NCBI GenBank assembly: GCA_964429775.1
Contig: CAYSDJ010000002.1
Coordinates: 60,859-124,858, forward strand
Length of the DNA stretch: 64,000 nt
Direction: 5' to 3'
Source of the DNA: an uncultured Rhizobiaceae bacterium
GTDB taxonomy: Bacteria > Pseudomonadota > Alphaproteobacteria > UBA828
The notes under the pieces were generated by a model. The model searched no databases, had not been told where the DNA came from, and saw nothing but the letters and a program-made list of their open reading frames with translations. The translations under genes and the position numbers were made by a program. Numbering within the stretch: the first letter of the stretch is position 1; each line of letters begins with the position of its first letter. Of this stretch, positions 53,263 through 62,350 are shown in pieces.

Positions 53263-55809
53263 CTATTCAAGAATTCGATCCCAATCACGCTCTATAAGTC
53301 CAAAATTATTTCCGGTGATACCATGCAAACTCCTATTAACGTTGAGCTTTTGGCCGCCATCCCGGGTAAGTGGACGAAACGGAAATATTCCGGCGGTACC
53401 ATCCGAGGTTGGATAAAACAAATCCCAAGGTATGGTTATGAAAATACCCTTGTCGAAGCTGCCCTCGCCAAACTCAGCGGCTGAAAGGTCGGTGACCGTA
53501 AACCAGGTGCCGAGCACCACGCCACTGTCAAAGCGGCGCGATATTTCAACGGTACTGCCAATATCCCCGGCCAAATATTTTCCCACCGACACGCTGGTAA
53601 ACAAATTCAAGATCGGCATGTCGTAATAGAACGTCGAATGGCCGGTGATGGTGCTGTATTCGAGCGCCGGGTCTTTTTGCAATCCGAGCCGCTGTTCGAA
53701 CTCGCGTTGATAAACCTTGTAAATATCGAACCCGGCGGCCCAACGCGAATTGAATGGCCGATAAAGAACCTCTCCGCCATAACCGGCAAACATTTCCTCA
53801 AGATAGCCGCCAGAAAATCTCGCATACCAGGATTCCGCCGGATTGAAAATGTACGACAGTGTGAGGCTGACCAGATTGTTTGGGCCCTTGTTTAAATAAT
53901 TGACGATCTCGGTTCGGACGTGCGGAATATTACTGACCGGAAGCGACTCCAGGTCGCCAAAATTGTGATGTACATTCTTTCCAAGCGCGCCCGCCAGGGT
54001 CAGGCCTCTGAACAGCTCTACCGCGCCTTCCAACTTCAGCCACAGCTGATAGCGGTGAAACTGCCCGGGCCGGCCCAGATGTTGGCGTAGTTTTGGCCGG
54101 AGTTTCCACGACAGGCCGGGATAGCGCCCGGCATTCAACATAGCCGAATCATCAATTCCGGTGGTCGGCCGAAAGCTCGCGCTATGCCACATTTCCTCGG
54201 GGCTGCCTTTGTTGCTAAGCGCGTTTTCAAGCGCTGTCCGCATCAACGAGACTTCCCCCGTCGTAATGCCATTGCTCATCAGCACGATGGTAATGACTTC
54301 CACGCCGTCCGGCGCATGATTGGCGGCAATTCGCGCCGCCCGGCCAATGGCGCGAGACACGTGACGGTATTTCGACTGCGTGAAATAGATTTTTATTTCT
54401 CGCCCTGAGAATTGAACGGCTTCGGCCTGAAAGCTTTGTATTTCAAGGTCGCGAATAATGGCGTTGCCTATTCTTGCCGCTTCCTGTTCGCCCAACTGCG
54501 GCCGACCATCTCCGCCATTTCGTGTCGCACCCACGCCCGGGCTGATCGGGCGGAATAAATCGGCGTGGGCGACAGATATATAGGCGACATCGCCCGCGTC
54601 GCTTGTACTCGCAATCGTTAGCTTCGAGATCGGCAATGGCAGGGCTTGACCGGCCTGACGCGCCGTATCGTGCCAAAATTCCACCGGTAATGATTTCTCT
54701 GGCGGCGCAACATAAATAACCGCAGCGCCGTCACTTAAATCGAACGCCTCAATATGGAGGCCGCGTGCATCAAACGCTTCAAATAGCCTTTCCGCCGCAT
54801 CATCTCCTTGACCGGACAGTGTCGCTGCGGCGCGAGAGGTGGCACGGGGATCACCGTTCTTTTTTGCAACGCGCACTTTCACCGGCGGCGGTGGTAAATC
54901 GGCGAATTTTGGCATACCGGTAATCTCGTGCAAACGCGCGGTGACCGCCACTTTCCCCGAGAATCCTTCATTCCGTTCCTGCATGAGCGAGGCTCGCAAC
55001 CAAGGCCAGGGCGCATATTCGACGCCATAATTAAACGGGTTCGTTACACTGAAATCCCCGCCACCGGCCGGCTCGTTTCTATAGTCATTGCCGTCATATT
55101 CGAGTTTGAAACTGACCCCTTCGAAAGGGGAGTGATATTCGATGCCGCCAAAAATACCGACCCGTTCTCCGCTGAATAATTTTCCGACTTCCGGGATGCC
55201 GCCAAGGCCACTAAAGCCTTGGTCGCGGTTTTCGAAAAAGGTTGAGAAATAGGTCAAGGGATTCTGTGTTGTCCCCCGGGTTCCCGAGTATCCCCAAGCC
55301 ATTCCTGCAGAGAAATCGAAATCGTAATAGCGTTTGCTCAACACCAGATATTCACTATCGAACAAGCCCGTGCCGAGCATATCCTGCAGGCCAACGGCGA
55401 TCGCCGGCGTCCACTGGCCTTCTTCCGACAAACGGAATTTCAGATCGGCGCCCCGGTCAGTCAAGGTCGCGCCGAAGCGCCTTTGAGTGAGCCGCTCATC
55501 TTTCGAAAGCGTATAGCGAAACGTGCCTTCAAACCACGGCAACGCCTGAAGGTTGACAAAATACCGGTCATAAGGCGCAACGAACGAAGCGCCCATGCTC
55601 AATTCTCCGTCCGGGCCAAAACGCGCATTGCGCGTTTGCAGAAGACCGATACCGCCCCAATCGCTATTCGACCATTCGAACGGCCGCTCATCGGACTGCG
55701 CCGGCAGGGCTATGAGCCATATCCCAAGCACCGGCAATAGGCCGGCCGCAAAGCGTGCCAGTGCGCTCAAGGAGCCTCTAAATAGCTGGCGCCCGCCCCC
55801 CGAAGACAC
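53263..55809 (-). CDS. YjbH/GfcD-family outer-membrane beta-barrel protein (expanded, 848 aa)
   Basis: Signal-like N-terminus, then SNSDWGGIGLLQTRNARFGPDGELSMGASFVAPYDRYFVNLQALPWFEGTFRYT, which is characteristic of YjbH. The C-terminal half is beta-barrel-like. Confidence 0.7.
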   Translation of the reverse strand: MSSGGGRQLFRGSLSALARFAAGLLPVLGIWLIALPAQSDERPFEWSNSDWGGIGLLQTRNARFGPDGELSMGASFVAPYDRYFVNLQALPWFEGTFRYTLSKDERLTQRRFGATLTDRGADLKFRLSEEGQWTPAIAVGLQDMLGTGLFDSEYLVLSKRYYDFDFSAGMAWGYSGTRGTTQNPLTYFSTFFENRDQGFSGLGGIPEVGKLFSGERVGIFGGIEYHSPFEGVSFKLEYDGNDYRNEPAGGGDFSVTNPFNYGVEYAPWPWLRASLMQERNEGFSGKVAVTARLHEITGMPKFADLPPPPVKVRVAKKNGDPRATSRAAATLSGQGDDAAERLFEAFDARGLHIEAFDLSDGAAVIYVAPPEKSLPVEFWHDTARQAGQALPLPISKLTIASTSDAGDVAYISVAHADLFRPISPGVGATRNGGDGRPQLGEQEAARIGNAIIRDLEIQSFQAEAVQFSGREIKIYFTQSKYRHVSRAIGRAARIAANHAPDGVEVITIVLMSNGITTGEVSLMRTALENALSNKGSPEEMWHSASFRPTTGIDDSAMLNAGRYPGLSWKLRPKLRQHLGRPGQFHRYQLWLKLEGAVELFRGLTLAGALGKNVHHNFGDLESLPVSNIPHVRTEIVNYLNKGPNNLVSLTLSYIFNPAESWYARFSGGYLEEMFAGYGGEVLYRPFNSRWAAGFDIYKVYQREFEQRLGLQKDPALEYSTITGHSTFYYDMPILNLFTSVSVGKYLAGDIGSTVEISRRFDSGVVLGTWFTVTDLSAAEFGEGSFDKGIFITIPWDLFYPTSDGTAGIFPFRPLTRDGGQKLNVNRSLHGITGNNFGLIERDWDRILE

Positions 55810-55831
55810 GCGGAAATCCGCCGCGCTCGGA

Positions 55832-58615
55832 TTAATTATTGCTGATTACAGCGATTGACGCCGCGCCGATTGCCAACTGGCTAAATATTTGCGTTAGGTC
55901 CTTGGCAAAGGAGACAAAATCAAATGGTGTTGCGTCTCGTGGAATAACAACAGTGCTTCCTGGGGGAATGTTGACCGGGTCATAGTTCCAATAGGAAATC
56001 GAGAGCGGTTTTGCGGCGCCATTGGGAAGTACGACAAAAACGCGCCCGTCATCGCCGGCCTCGCCAATTCCGCCAGCCATGTCTATATATTCGTCCGCTT
56101 TCACGCCCGGGGAAAATTGCAAGGCGCCGGGATTGAGGACTTCTCCTGTTACCGTCACCGAACTTGGGCGTTTGGGCATGACCAGTTGGTCGCCGGGTTC
56201 CAACACAATGTCCAGGTCGGGGCGAATCTGCAGAACTGTCGGATCCGCTTCCATAACCACGCGGCCGATAGGCTCTGCCGAACGCAATGTATCTACTAGA
56301 TTACTAACAGCCTGAGAGGCCGAGCCTAAACCGAGTGCGCCTGAATTCGGCGATGACAGCGCCGTCGCGAGCGACCCTTCCAGCTCAAGCGCCGAGCGTT
56401 CGAAACCCAGCTTTTCTCTTTTTTTCGCGCTCTCGCGTGTGAACACCGCGCCATAAGGATAGGCTTGCGGCGTCAACCCACCAACCCGGGCAATAATTTC
56501 CGATACCCGCTCGCCACGCTTGATCGTGTATCGGCCGGGCCGCTTAAATTCACCCCGCAATGTTACAACGCCCGAATCCCGATCAGTGAATATCTTGCCG
56601 ATTTGCACAACGTCTCCCGGATCCAGCGAGACTGTGGCCAGCCCGCTCTGCGACAAATCACGTACTTGCCGATCCGTCCGCGCATTACCACCTGCCGCAC
56701 CGGAATTGTACCGGGTGAGTTCAACGTGGGAGAGGTTAGCCGTCCGCGACAACCCCTCTGCTGCGGATACAATCGAAGCGAGCGCCGTACCGCCGATGAT
56801 CGGATACACACCGGGTGCGCGCACCTCTCCCTGCAACATCACCGTGTGTTCCAGCAGGAATGGCAATGCTTTTGGGTATTCTTCAAATAGCCCGGGACAA
56901 GAGCTTTTCTCTCTGTCTGAAAAGGTTTTTTCAAGAAGATCTGTCTTGAGCGGATCGGCTTCCATGCGCGCCTGTACTTCACGCAGTTTCGCATTCCGTT
57001 CATCCAGCACTACTCGCCGGCGCTCCAATTTGAAGCGTTCTAGGTCGAGCTGAGAATTATCTCCCAGTTTCACTCCGCCATCATCAGATAAGCTATCCAA
57101 ATAAAGTGTCGCACCTAAATATTTTCCGGGATTTCCCATCGCGACGGCCGTCTCCAAGGAACGAAGACTGAGGCATGGCAAAGCCCCATTACCGTTATCC
57201 TTGCCAGCCAACACGCGCTGTACATCGGCGCTCTTCAGATAATCGATGTCCGCCGCGCTGAAGATCATGACAACATCTTGATCGTGCAGGCGATAATCCA
57301 CTTGGCCCGAGAACACGCTTTCCAAATTCGCAGGATATAATCTTCTTGTCCGCGTGCGCGTATCGGTGGTCTCCACGGCGGCAAACAAAAGATACGGATT
57401 ATTGTCGACAATTGATCCATCAGCCAAAAGTGCACGCAGCGTTGGCGCGCTTACCAGGGAGCGACGATTTGGCACCCGCACATGGCCCACCGTCTTGACG
57501 TTTCCAAGCTGAATATTCTGGCTCAGCTCGACGAGAAGAATATCGCCTGCCGCTATCCTTGCGGTCTCAGGGTTCTTGCGCTCCTCCACCCTCTGACGGC
57601 CATCGGCCTGCAGCGAAATTTGCAGTAACCTGTGACCGGTCGGCCGCACGGTACCGCCGCCAAGTGCGATCAGGTCCTTAAGCGAACCGGATTTCACGCC
57701 CTCACCAAGTTCGTAGATGCCTGGCCTGTTTACCAACCCCGCGGCGGCAACGGTATCGCCGATAAGGGGTACAACGATGCGGTCGCCATCTCTCAACTGG
57801 AGGTCGCGACCGAGAGTACCGGTGAATATAAGATCATAGAGATCCAGCCAAAATATTTCTTCTCCGCGAACGATTTGAAGCCGCCGCAAACTTCCCGTTT
57901 TCTTAATGCCTCCGGCAAGCGACAACGCATCCAAGATCGAAGAGAGGGCCGAGACCTTCTGAAATCCGGGCTGTTCAACTTCGCCAACCACCAGTACAGA
58001 TATACGCCTGATCTTGCCCAGCGAAACAAAGACTTCGGAGCCCAGCAAAGTTAATTGCGTAAGCGCCTCCAATTCGCGGCGAAAATCTCCAAAGGTACGT
58101 CCCGCTGCCGATATAGGCGGCAATTTATTCAATACGACGCGACCTTCGCTATCCACTCGCGTTGTCCCGGAGGTCGATTCCTGGCCACGAAACGTTACGA
58201 CGAGAATATCGCCTATTCCCATGACGTAGTCATCCTGGACAGCGCCGCCAACGACTCTGGTTTGTTTTTCCGGCGATTGTTGAAACAATTCATATCCAAA
58301 TTGCCTCAATTCGGTTCCAGCGCGTGCCGAAAAATCTTCTTCCAATGCCGTCGGTTTTTGTTTATCCGCCAATCGCTGCAATTCAAGCTTCGATTTGGCA
58401 TCGGCAAGAATCGGATCACCCCTGAATTTAAATTCCTCGTCTCTTACGGCCTTTTGCAGAGGAACTTGACCAACTGAGCCACCGCCATCAACGCGTCTTA
58501 ACTGTTCGGCTAAAATGCGCGTAAAATCGCTCGAATCTTGTGCGCTTGACGGCGCACCGCCAATCAGTATCGACATACTTAGAACCGCCACGCACAATAA
58601 CCACTTCCGCATCAC
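55832..58615 (-). CDS. Outer-membrane polysaccharide export protein (OPX, Wza-like) with multiple SLBB/beta-grasp repeats, 927 aa
   Basis: Signal peptide MMRKWLLCVAVLSMSILIGGAPSSAQ. Poly_export-like DDYVMGIGDILVVTFRG..RVDSEGRVVLNKLPPISAAGRTFGDF. Repeated GD.v.v..-type SLBB segments. Hydrophobic/amphipathic C-terminal helix. Confidence 0.75.
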   Translation of the reverse strand: MMRKWLLCVAVLSMSILIGGAPSSAQDSSDFTRILAEQLRRVDGGGSVGQVPLQKAVRDEEFKFRGDPILADAKSKLELQRLADKQKPTALEEDFSARAGTELRQFGYELFQQSPEKQTRVVGGAVQDDYVMGIGDILVVTFRGQESTSGTTRVDSEGRVVLNKLPPISAAGRTFGDFRRELEALTQLTLLGSEVFVSLGKIRRISVLVVGEVEQPGFQKVSALSSILDALSLAGGIKKTGSLRRLQIVRGEEIFWLDLYDLIFTGTLGRDLQLRDGDRIVVPLIGDTVAAAGLVNRPGIYELGEGVKSGSLKDLIALGGGTVRPTGHRLLQISLQADGRQRVEERKNPETARIAAGDILLVELSQNIQLGNVKTVGHVRVPNRRSLVSAPTLRALLADGSIVDNNPYLLFAAVETTDTRTRTRRLYPANLESVFSGQVDYRLHDQDVVMIFSAADIDYLKSADVQRVLAGKDNGNGALPCLSLRSLETAVAMGNPGKYLGATLYLDSLSDDGGVKLGDNSQLDLERFKLERRRVVLDERNAKLREVQARMEADPLKTDLLEKTFSDREKSSCPGLFEEYPKALPFLLEHTVMLQGEVRAPGVYPIIGGTALASIVSAAEGLSRTANLSHVELTRYNSGAAGGNARTDRQVRDLSQSGLATVSLDPGDVVQIGKIFTDRDSGVVTLRGEFKRPGRYTIKRGERVSEIIARVGGLTPQAYPYGAVFTRESAKKREKLGFERSALELEGSLATALSSPNSGALGLGSASQAVSNLVDTLRSAEPIGRVVMEADPTVLQIRPDLDIVLEPGDQLVMPKRPSSVTVTGEVLNPGALQFSPGVKADEYIDMAGGIGEAGDDGRVFVVLPNGAAKPLSISYWNYDPVNIPPGSTVVIPRDATPFDFVSFAKDLTQIFSQLAIGAASIAVISNN

Positions 58616-58633
58616 TTTCTCCCGCCGGTCACA

Positions 58634-59350
58634 ATGATTCGATCCATGGCCTCAAGATTTCCAATAGCAATTCCCAGCAGGGGAATCGCACGCTTTGCAT
58701 GGCATCGTCTGCTCATAATTGTTTTTACTCTCTCTTTGTGCGCTTGCGAAAATATATCGGAACTCTCGGACTTACAAAAGGCAACCGAGTTTGCCCTATT
58801 CGGAAATCCCGATATTGCGGTCGAGCGCGCTGATATTGACAAGCTACCATATGCTTCTATTCGGGCAAAGATGGGCCAAAGCGGCCGCGTCATTATGATC
58901 CTGGGCCGTTATGACGGACCCGACCTGCACTGGATATCAGCCGATAATGTTGCCGTCGCCACCCGTAGAGGAAGAATCGTAAAATCCAGCGGCCTGCCGG
59001 AAACACTCAAAACCACAAATTATGACGGCGTGGATCCGATCGGCCTGCGTGAGCGGAAATGGAGCACCCCCATCGCCACGCGGCGTTTTGTCGATATTGA
59101 ACCCGGCGCCCATTATGGCGTTACCGTCATTGGCAGGGTTGAGCAGATCGGCGTCGAGGAAATTGAAATATTAGGCCATCGCTATCAAACGATCATGCTG
59201 CGCGAACGCGCCTATGCCGCTCAACTCGACTGGTCGTTTGAAAACTATTTTTGGCTGGATATGAAAACGGGGTTTGTGTGGAAATCCATCCAACACATAA
59301 CCCCGACTTTGCCGCCGTTTGAGATCGAAATACTCAAACCGGCGGGTTGA
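58634..59350 (+). CDS. YjbF/GfcB-family lipoprotein
   Basis: Signal peptide with candidate lipobox ..IIVFTLSLCAC. Body ..HWISADNVAVATRRGRIVKSSGL.. resembles YjbF. 238 aa. Confidence 0.6.
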   Translation: MIRSMASRFPIAIPSRGIARFAWHRLLIIVFTLSLCACENISELSDLQKATEFALFGNPDIAVERADIDKLPYASIRAKMGQSGRVIMILGRYDGPDLHWISADNVAVATRRGRIVKSSGLPETLKTTNYDGVDPIGLRERKWSTPIATRRFVDIEPGAHYGVTVIGRVEQIGVEEIEILGHRYQTIMLRERAYAAQLDWSFENYFWLDMKTGFVWKSIQHITPTLPPFEIEILKPAG

Positions 59351-59376
59351 GCTGAAATCGTCCCGAATATGTACCG

Positions 59377-59676
59377 TTAGTTGGACGTCGTCGTTGTTGT
59401 GGTCGTGGTCGTGGTTGTCGTGGTCACAACGGTCGTTTCGTCAGAGGCAGTGATAACGCCCACCGCAACGCCGACAGCCGCCGCAATACCAACACCCGCC
59501 GCAATCGCGCCGGTGCTTACGCCACCGGCAGCAGTGCTGCCCGCCGCACTACCCGCAGCCGAACCCGTACTTGAACCTTCGGCAGCAGCCGCCTCTTCCT
59601 GGGCAAATGCAGCGGCCGGTGCGAACATTAACGTGCCCGCAATTAAGGCGACGGAAAACTTTTTCAACAAGGGCAT
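59377..59676 (-). CDS. YjbE/GfcA-like small secreted Ala/Gly/Ser-rich protein with poly-threonine tail
   Basis: 99 aa. Signal peptide MPLLKKFSVALIAGTLMFAPAAAFA, a low-complexity A/G/S region, a hydrophobic GVGIAAAVGVAVGVI segment and C-terminal TTVVTTTTTTTTTTTTTSN. Same design as E. coli YjbE/GfcA. Confidence 0.65.
   Translation of the reverse strand: MPLLKKFSVALIAGTLMFAPAAAFAQEEAAAAEGSSTGSAAGSAAGSTAAGGVSTGAIAAGVGIAAAVGVAVGVITASDETTVVTTTTTTTTTTTTTSN
59386..59436 (-). repeat. Threonine-codon tract (13 consecutive Thr codons plus TTVV) at the 3' end of the yjbE-like gene
   Basis: Plus strand reads cgtcgtcgttgttgtggtcgtggtcgtggttgtcgtggtcacaacggtcgt, an imperfect ACN repeat on the coding strand. 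Confidence 0.9.
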
Positions 59677-59834
59677 CTCAACTCTCCTGCAAAATATATC
59701 GTAAACGTATAGCGCCTTTTTTAGTGTGCCGCAACAATGATATAAATTCCTTAACGAAATGGATAGATCAATAATCGCAGCTGATTTGCCACCTAATATA
59801 GCAAAATTAACCTAAACATACCTTTTTGCACGGC

Positions 59835-60815
59835 CTAAACACCGTGATAATCGCGGAACCAGGCGATAAACCGTGGAATTCCTTCATCAATGCCGGTTTT
59901 CGGTTCGAAACCGTGGTCGCGGCGTATAGCCTCGATATTGGCGTAAGTTTCCTTCACATCACCGGGCTGCATCGGGGCAAATTGCTTTTCCGCGCGCCGG
60001 CCAATCGCCTTTTCCAACACTTCGACATAGCGCAGCAGCGGCTCCGGCTGGTTGTTTCCGATATTGTAAACCCGGTGGGGAGCGTTTCCACCGCTGTCAG
60101 AAGGCGGCGAATCGAGTACTGAGAGGACGCCCGTAACCACATCGTCGACATAGGTAAAATCACGCCGCATATCGCCATTGTTGAATAGTCGTACCGGTTC
60201 ACCATCAAAAATGGCGCGGGCGAAGATATAGGCGGCCATGTCGGGCCGGCCCCATGGTCCATAAACGGTGAAAAAGCGCAATCCCGTCATCGGCACACGA
60301 TATAAATGCGCATAGACATGACCCATCAGCTCATCGGACTTTTTGCTCGCGGCGTAGAGCGAGACCGGGCGGTCCACCGGATCGGATTCGGAAAACGGCA
60401 CGTCGCTATTGCCGCCATAAACCGAGCTTGAGCTGGCATAAACCAAATGCGCCAAATTCGGCAGGTGGCGGCACATCTCGAGAATGTTGAGCTGGCCGAC
60501 GATATTGGTCTCGACATAAGCCGACGGATTGGTCAGGGAATAGCGCACGCCGGCCTGAGCGGCCAAATGCAAAACCGCATGCACATCATCCGCCGCTTGG
60601 GCGGCCTGTTGCATGGCATCCTTATCGCAAATATCGGCATGAATGAATTTGAACCCGTCATGCCCTTTTAAACGTTCGAGTCGCGCCTCTTTGAGCGCGA
60701 CATCGTAATATTCGTTCAGATTATCCAGGCCAATGACGGCTTCACCGCGCGCAAGAAGAGCCTCGCACATATGATAGCCTATGAAGCCGGCGGCGCCGGT
60801 GACGAAAACGGTCAT
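59835..60815 (-). CDS. UDP-glucuronate 4-epimerase-like SDR (LpsL/Cap1J-type)
   Basis: MTVFVTGAAGFIGYHMCEALLARGEAVIGLDNLNEYYDVALKEARLERL is the characteristic N-terminus of the UDP-uronate 4-epimerase group. YAASK motif. 326 aa. Confidence 0.75.
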   Translation of the reverse strand: MTVFVTGAAGFIGYHMCEALLARGEAVIGLDNLNEYYDVALKEARLERLKGHDGFKFIHADICDKDAMQQAAQAADDVHAVLHLAAQAGVRYSLTNPSAYVETNIVGQLNILEMCRHLPNLAHLVYASSSSVYGGNSDVPFSESDPVDRPVSLYAASKKSDELMGHVYAHLYRVPMTGLRFFTVYGPWGRPDMAAYIFARAIFDGEPVRLFNNGDMRRDFTYVDDVVTGVLSVLDSPPSDSGGNAPHRVYNIGNNQPEPLLRYVEVLEKAIGRRAEKQFAPMQPGDVKETYANIEAIRRDHGFEPKTGIDEGIPRFIAWFRDYHGV

Positions 60816-61048
60816 TTAATCGCTTCTGGATATTGTCTTAACAATCAAAGCATTGGCGTGACAAAATAAGCGCTGCTCACACGCCTCCCCTGTTATCGCC
60901 CCGCGCTGCGGGAGAAACAACATACTTGCCACGTAAAATCCAGCCCGATCAGATACAGTTCGCGCATGAATTGACAGCGGCTAGGTTTCGGGCGAATAGC
61001 TCTCCACGCAGCTGCTGGCAAAATGGAGAACAAACTGATGGGTCGAGG

Positions 61049-62311
61049 ATGAGTAGGATCGCCATTATTGGCCTCGGTTATGTCGGGTTGCCGCTGGCGG
61101 TCGCATTGGCCGAGCATCATAGCATCATCGGTTACGACATCACGGCAGAGCGCATCGACCAATTGCGCGCCGGGCACGACCGCACCGATGAGATTTCCCC
61201 TGAGCAGCTCCAGGCCGCCAACATCGAGTGGAGTACCGAGCCCGCCGCCATGCGGGGCGCCGAATTCTTCATCGTCACCGTGCCGACGCCGGTGGACAAG
61301 GAGAACACGCCCGACCTCAGCGCCATTTTGGCGGCATCGCGCAGCGTCGGCGCCGAGCTCCAGCCGGGCGCCATCGTCATTTATGAGAGCACGGTGTGGC
61401 CCGGCCTGACCGAAGAACAATGCGCGCCCGAGCTCGAACGCGCGTCGGGCCTGGCATGCGGCCGCGATTTTCATCTCGGCTATTCGCCCGAGCGCATCAA
61501 TCCGGGCGATAGCGAGCACACGCTCAGCACCATCATAAAAATTGTTGCCGGCGATACGCCTGAGGTCGCGGCGCGCATCGAAGCGCTCTATGGCTCGATC
61601 AATGGCGGCAACATTTATGTCGCGCCCGATATCCGCACCGCCGAGGCGGCGAAGGTGATCGAGAACGCCCAGCGAGATATCAACATCGCTTTTGTCAACG
61701 AGGTCGCGCAGATCTGTCACAAGCTCGGCCTCTCCAGCGCCGAAGTGCTCCAGGCCGCCGGGACAAAGTGGAATTTCCTCAATTTCACGCCCGGTCTGGT
61801 CGGTGGCCATTGTATCGGCGTCGATCCCTATTATCTCGCCCACCGTGCAGAGCAGGCCGGCCATCGGCCCGAGGTGATCCTCGCCGGGCGGCAGATCAAT
61901 GACAGCATGGGGGATTTTGTCAGCTCCCACATCGCCCGGCATTTGCCCGCCTCGGGCGGGCGCATCCTTATGCTCGGCCTCACCTTCAAGCAAAACGTGC
62001 CGGACCTGCGCAACTCCCTGGTGGCGGATATCGTGCACCTGCTGAAAGCGGCCGGCCATGCGGTCGATGTGCATGACCCGCTGGCCGATGCCGGCGAAGC
62101 CAAGGCCCTCTATGGCATTGAGCTGATGGCAGCTATCGATGGCGGCGGGCGTTACGATTGTCTCGCCGGCGCGGTCGCGCATGACAGCTACAGCAAAATG
62201 ACCCCGGCGCAAATCGCCGGCCTGTTGGCAGAAGATGGCCTGGTCGCCGATATTGCCGGCATGTGGCGTGACCTCGACCTCCCAGCGGGGCTGCGCCGCT
62301 GGCAGCTTTGA
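61049..62311 (+). CDS. Nucleotide-sugar 6-dehydrogenase (TviB/WbpO/UDP-GlcNAc or GalNAc dehydrogenase-like)
   Basis: MSRIAIIGLGYVGLPLAVALAEHH NAD motif. Catalytic Cys region GLVGGHCIGVDPYY. Start at internal ATG 61049. The 478-aa antisense ORF is a shadow. Confidence 0.8.
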   Translation: MSRIAIIGLGYVGLPLAVALAEHHSIIGYDITAERIDQLRAGHDRTDEISPEQLQAANIEWSTEPAAMRGAEFFIVTVPTPVDKENTPDLSAILAASRSVGAELQPGAIVIYESTVWPGLTEEQCAPELERASGLACGRDFHLGYSPERINPGDSEHTLSTIIKIVAGDTPEVAARIEALYGSINGGNIYVAPDIRTAEAAKVIENAQRDINIAFVNEVAQICHKLGLSSAEVLQAAGTKWNFLNFTPGLVGGHCIGVDPYYLAHRAEQAGHRPEVILAGRQINDSMGDFVSSHIARHLPASGGRILMLGLTFKQNVPDLRNSLVADIVHLLKAAGHAVDVHDPLADAGEAKALYGIELMAAIDGGGRYDCLAGAVAHDSYSKMTPAQIAGLLAEDGLVADIAGMWRDLDLPAGLRRWQL

Positions 62312-62350
62312 GCTATAATCGGGCCACACCAGATCGAGGTTAAGCGGCGC

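Noticed and set aside
60893-62329. 478-aa minus-strand ORF, the longest ORF in this region
   Set aside because: It lies exactly antisense to the nucleotide-sugar dehydrogenase, which has clear motifs (IAIIGLGYVGLP, GGHCIGVDPYY). The minus-strand translation is Arg/Gly/Ala/Asp-rich with no motifs. This is a typical shadow ORF of GC-rich DNA.
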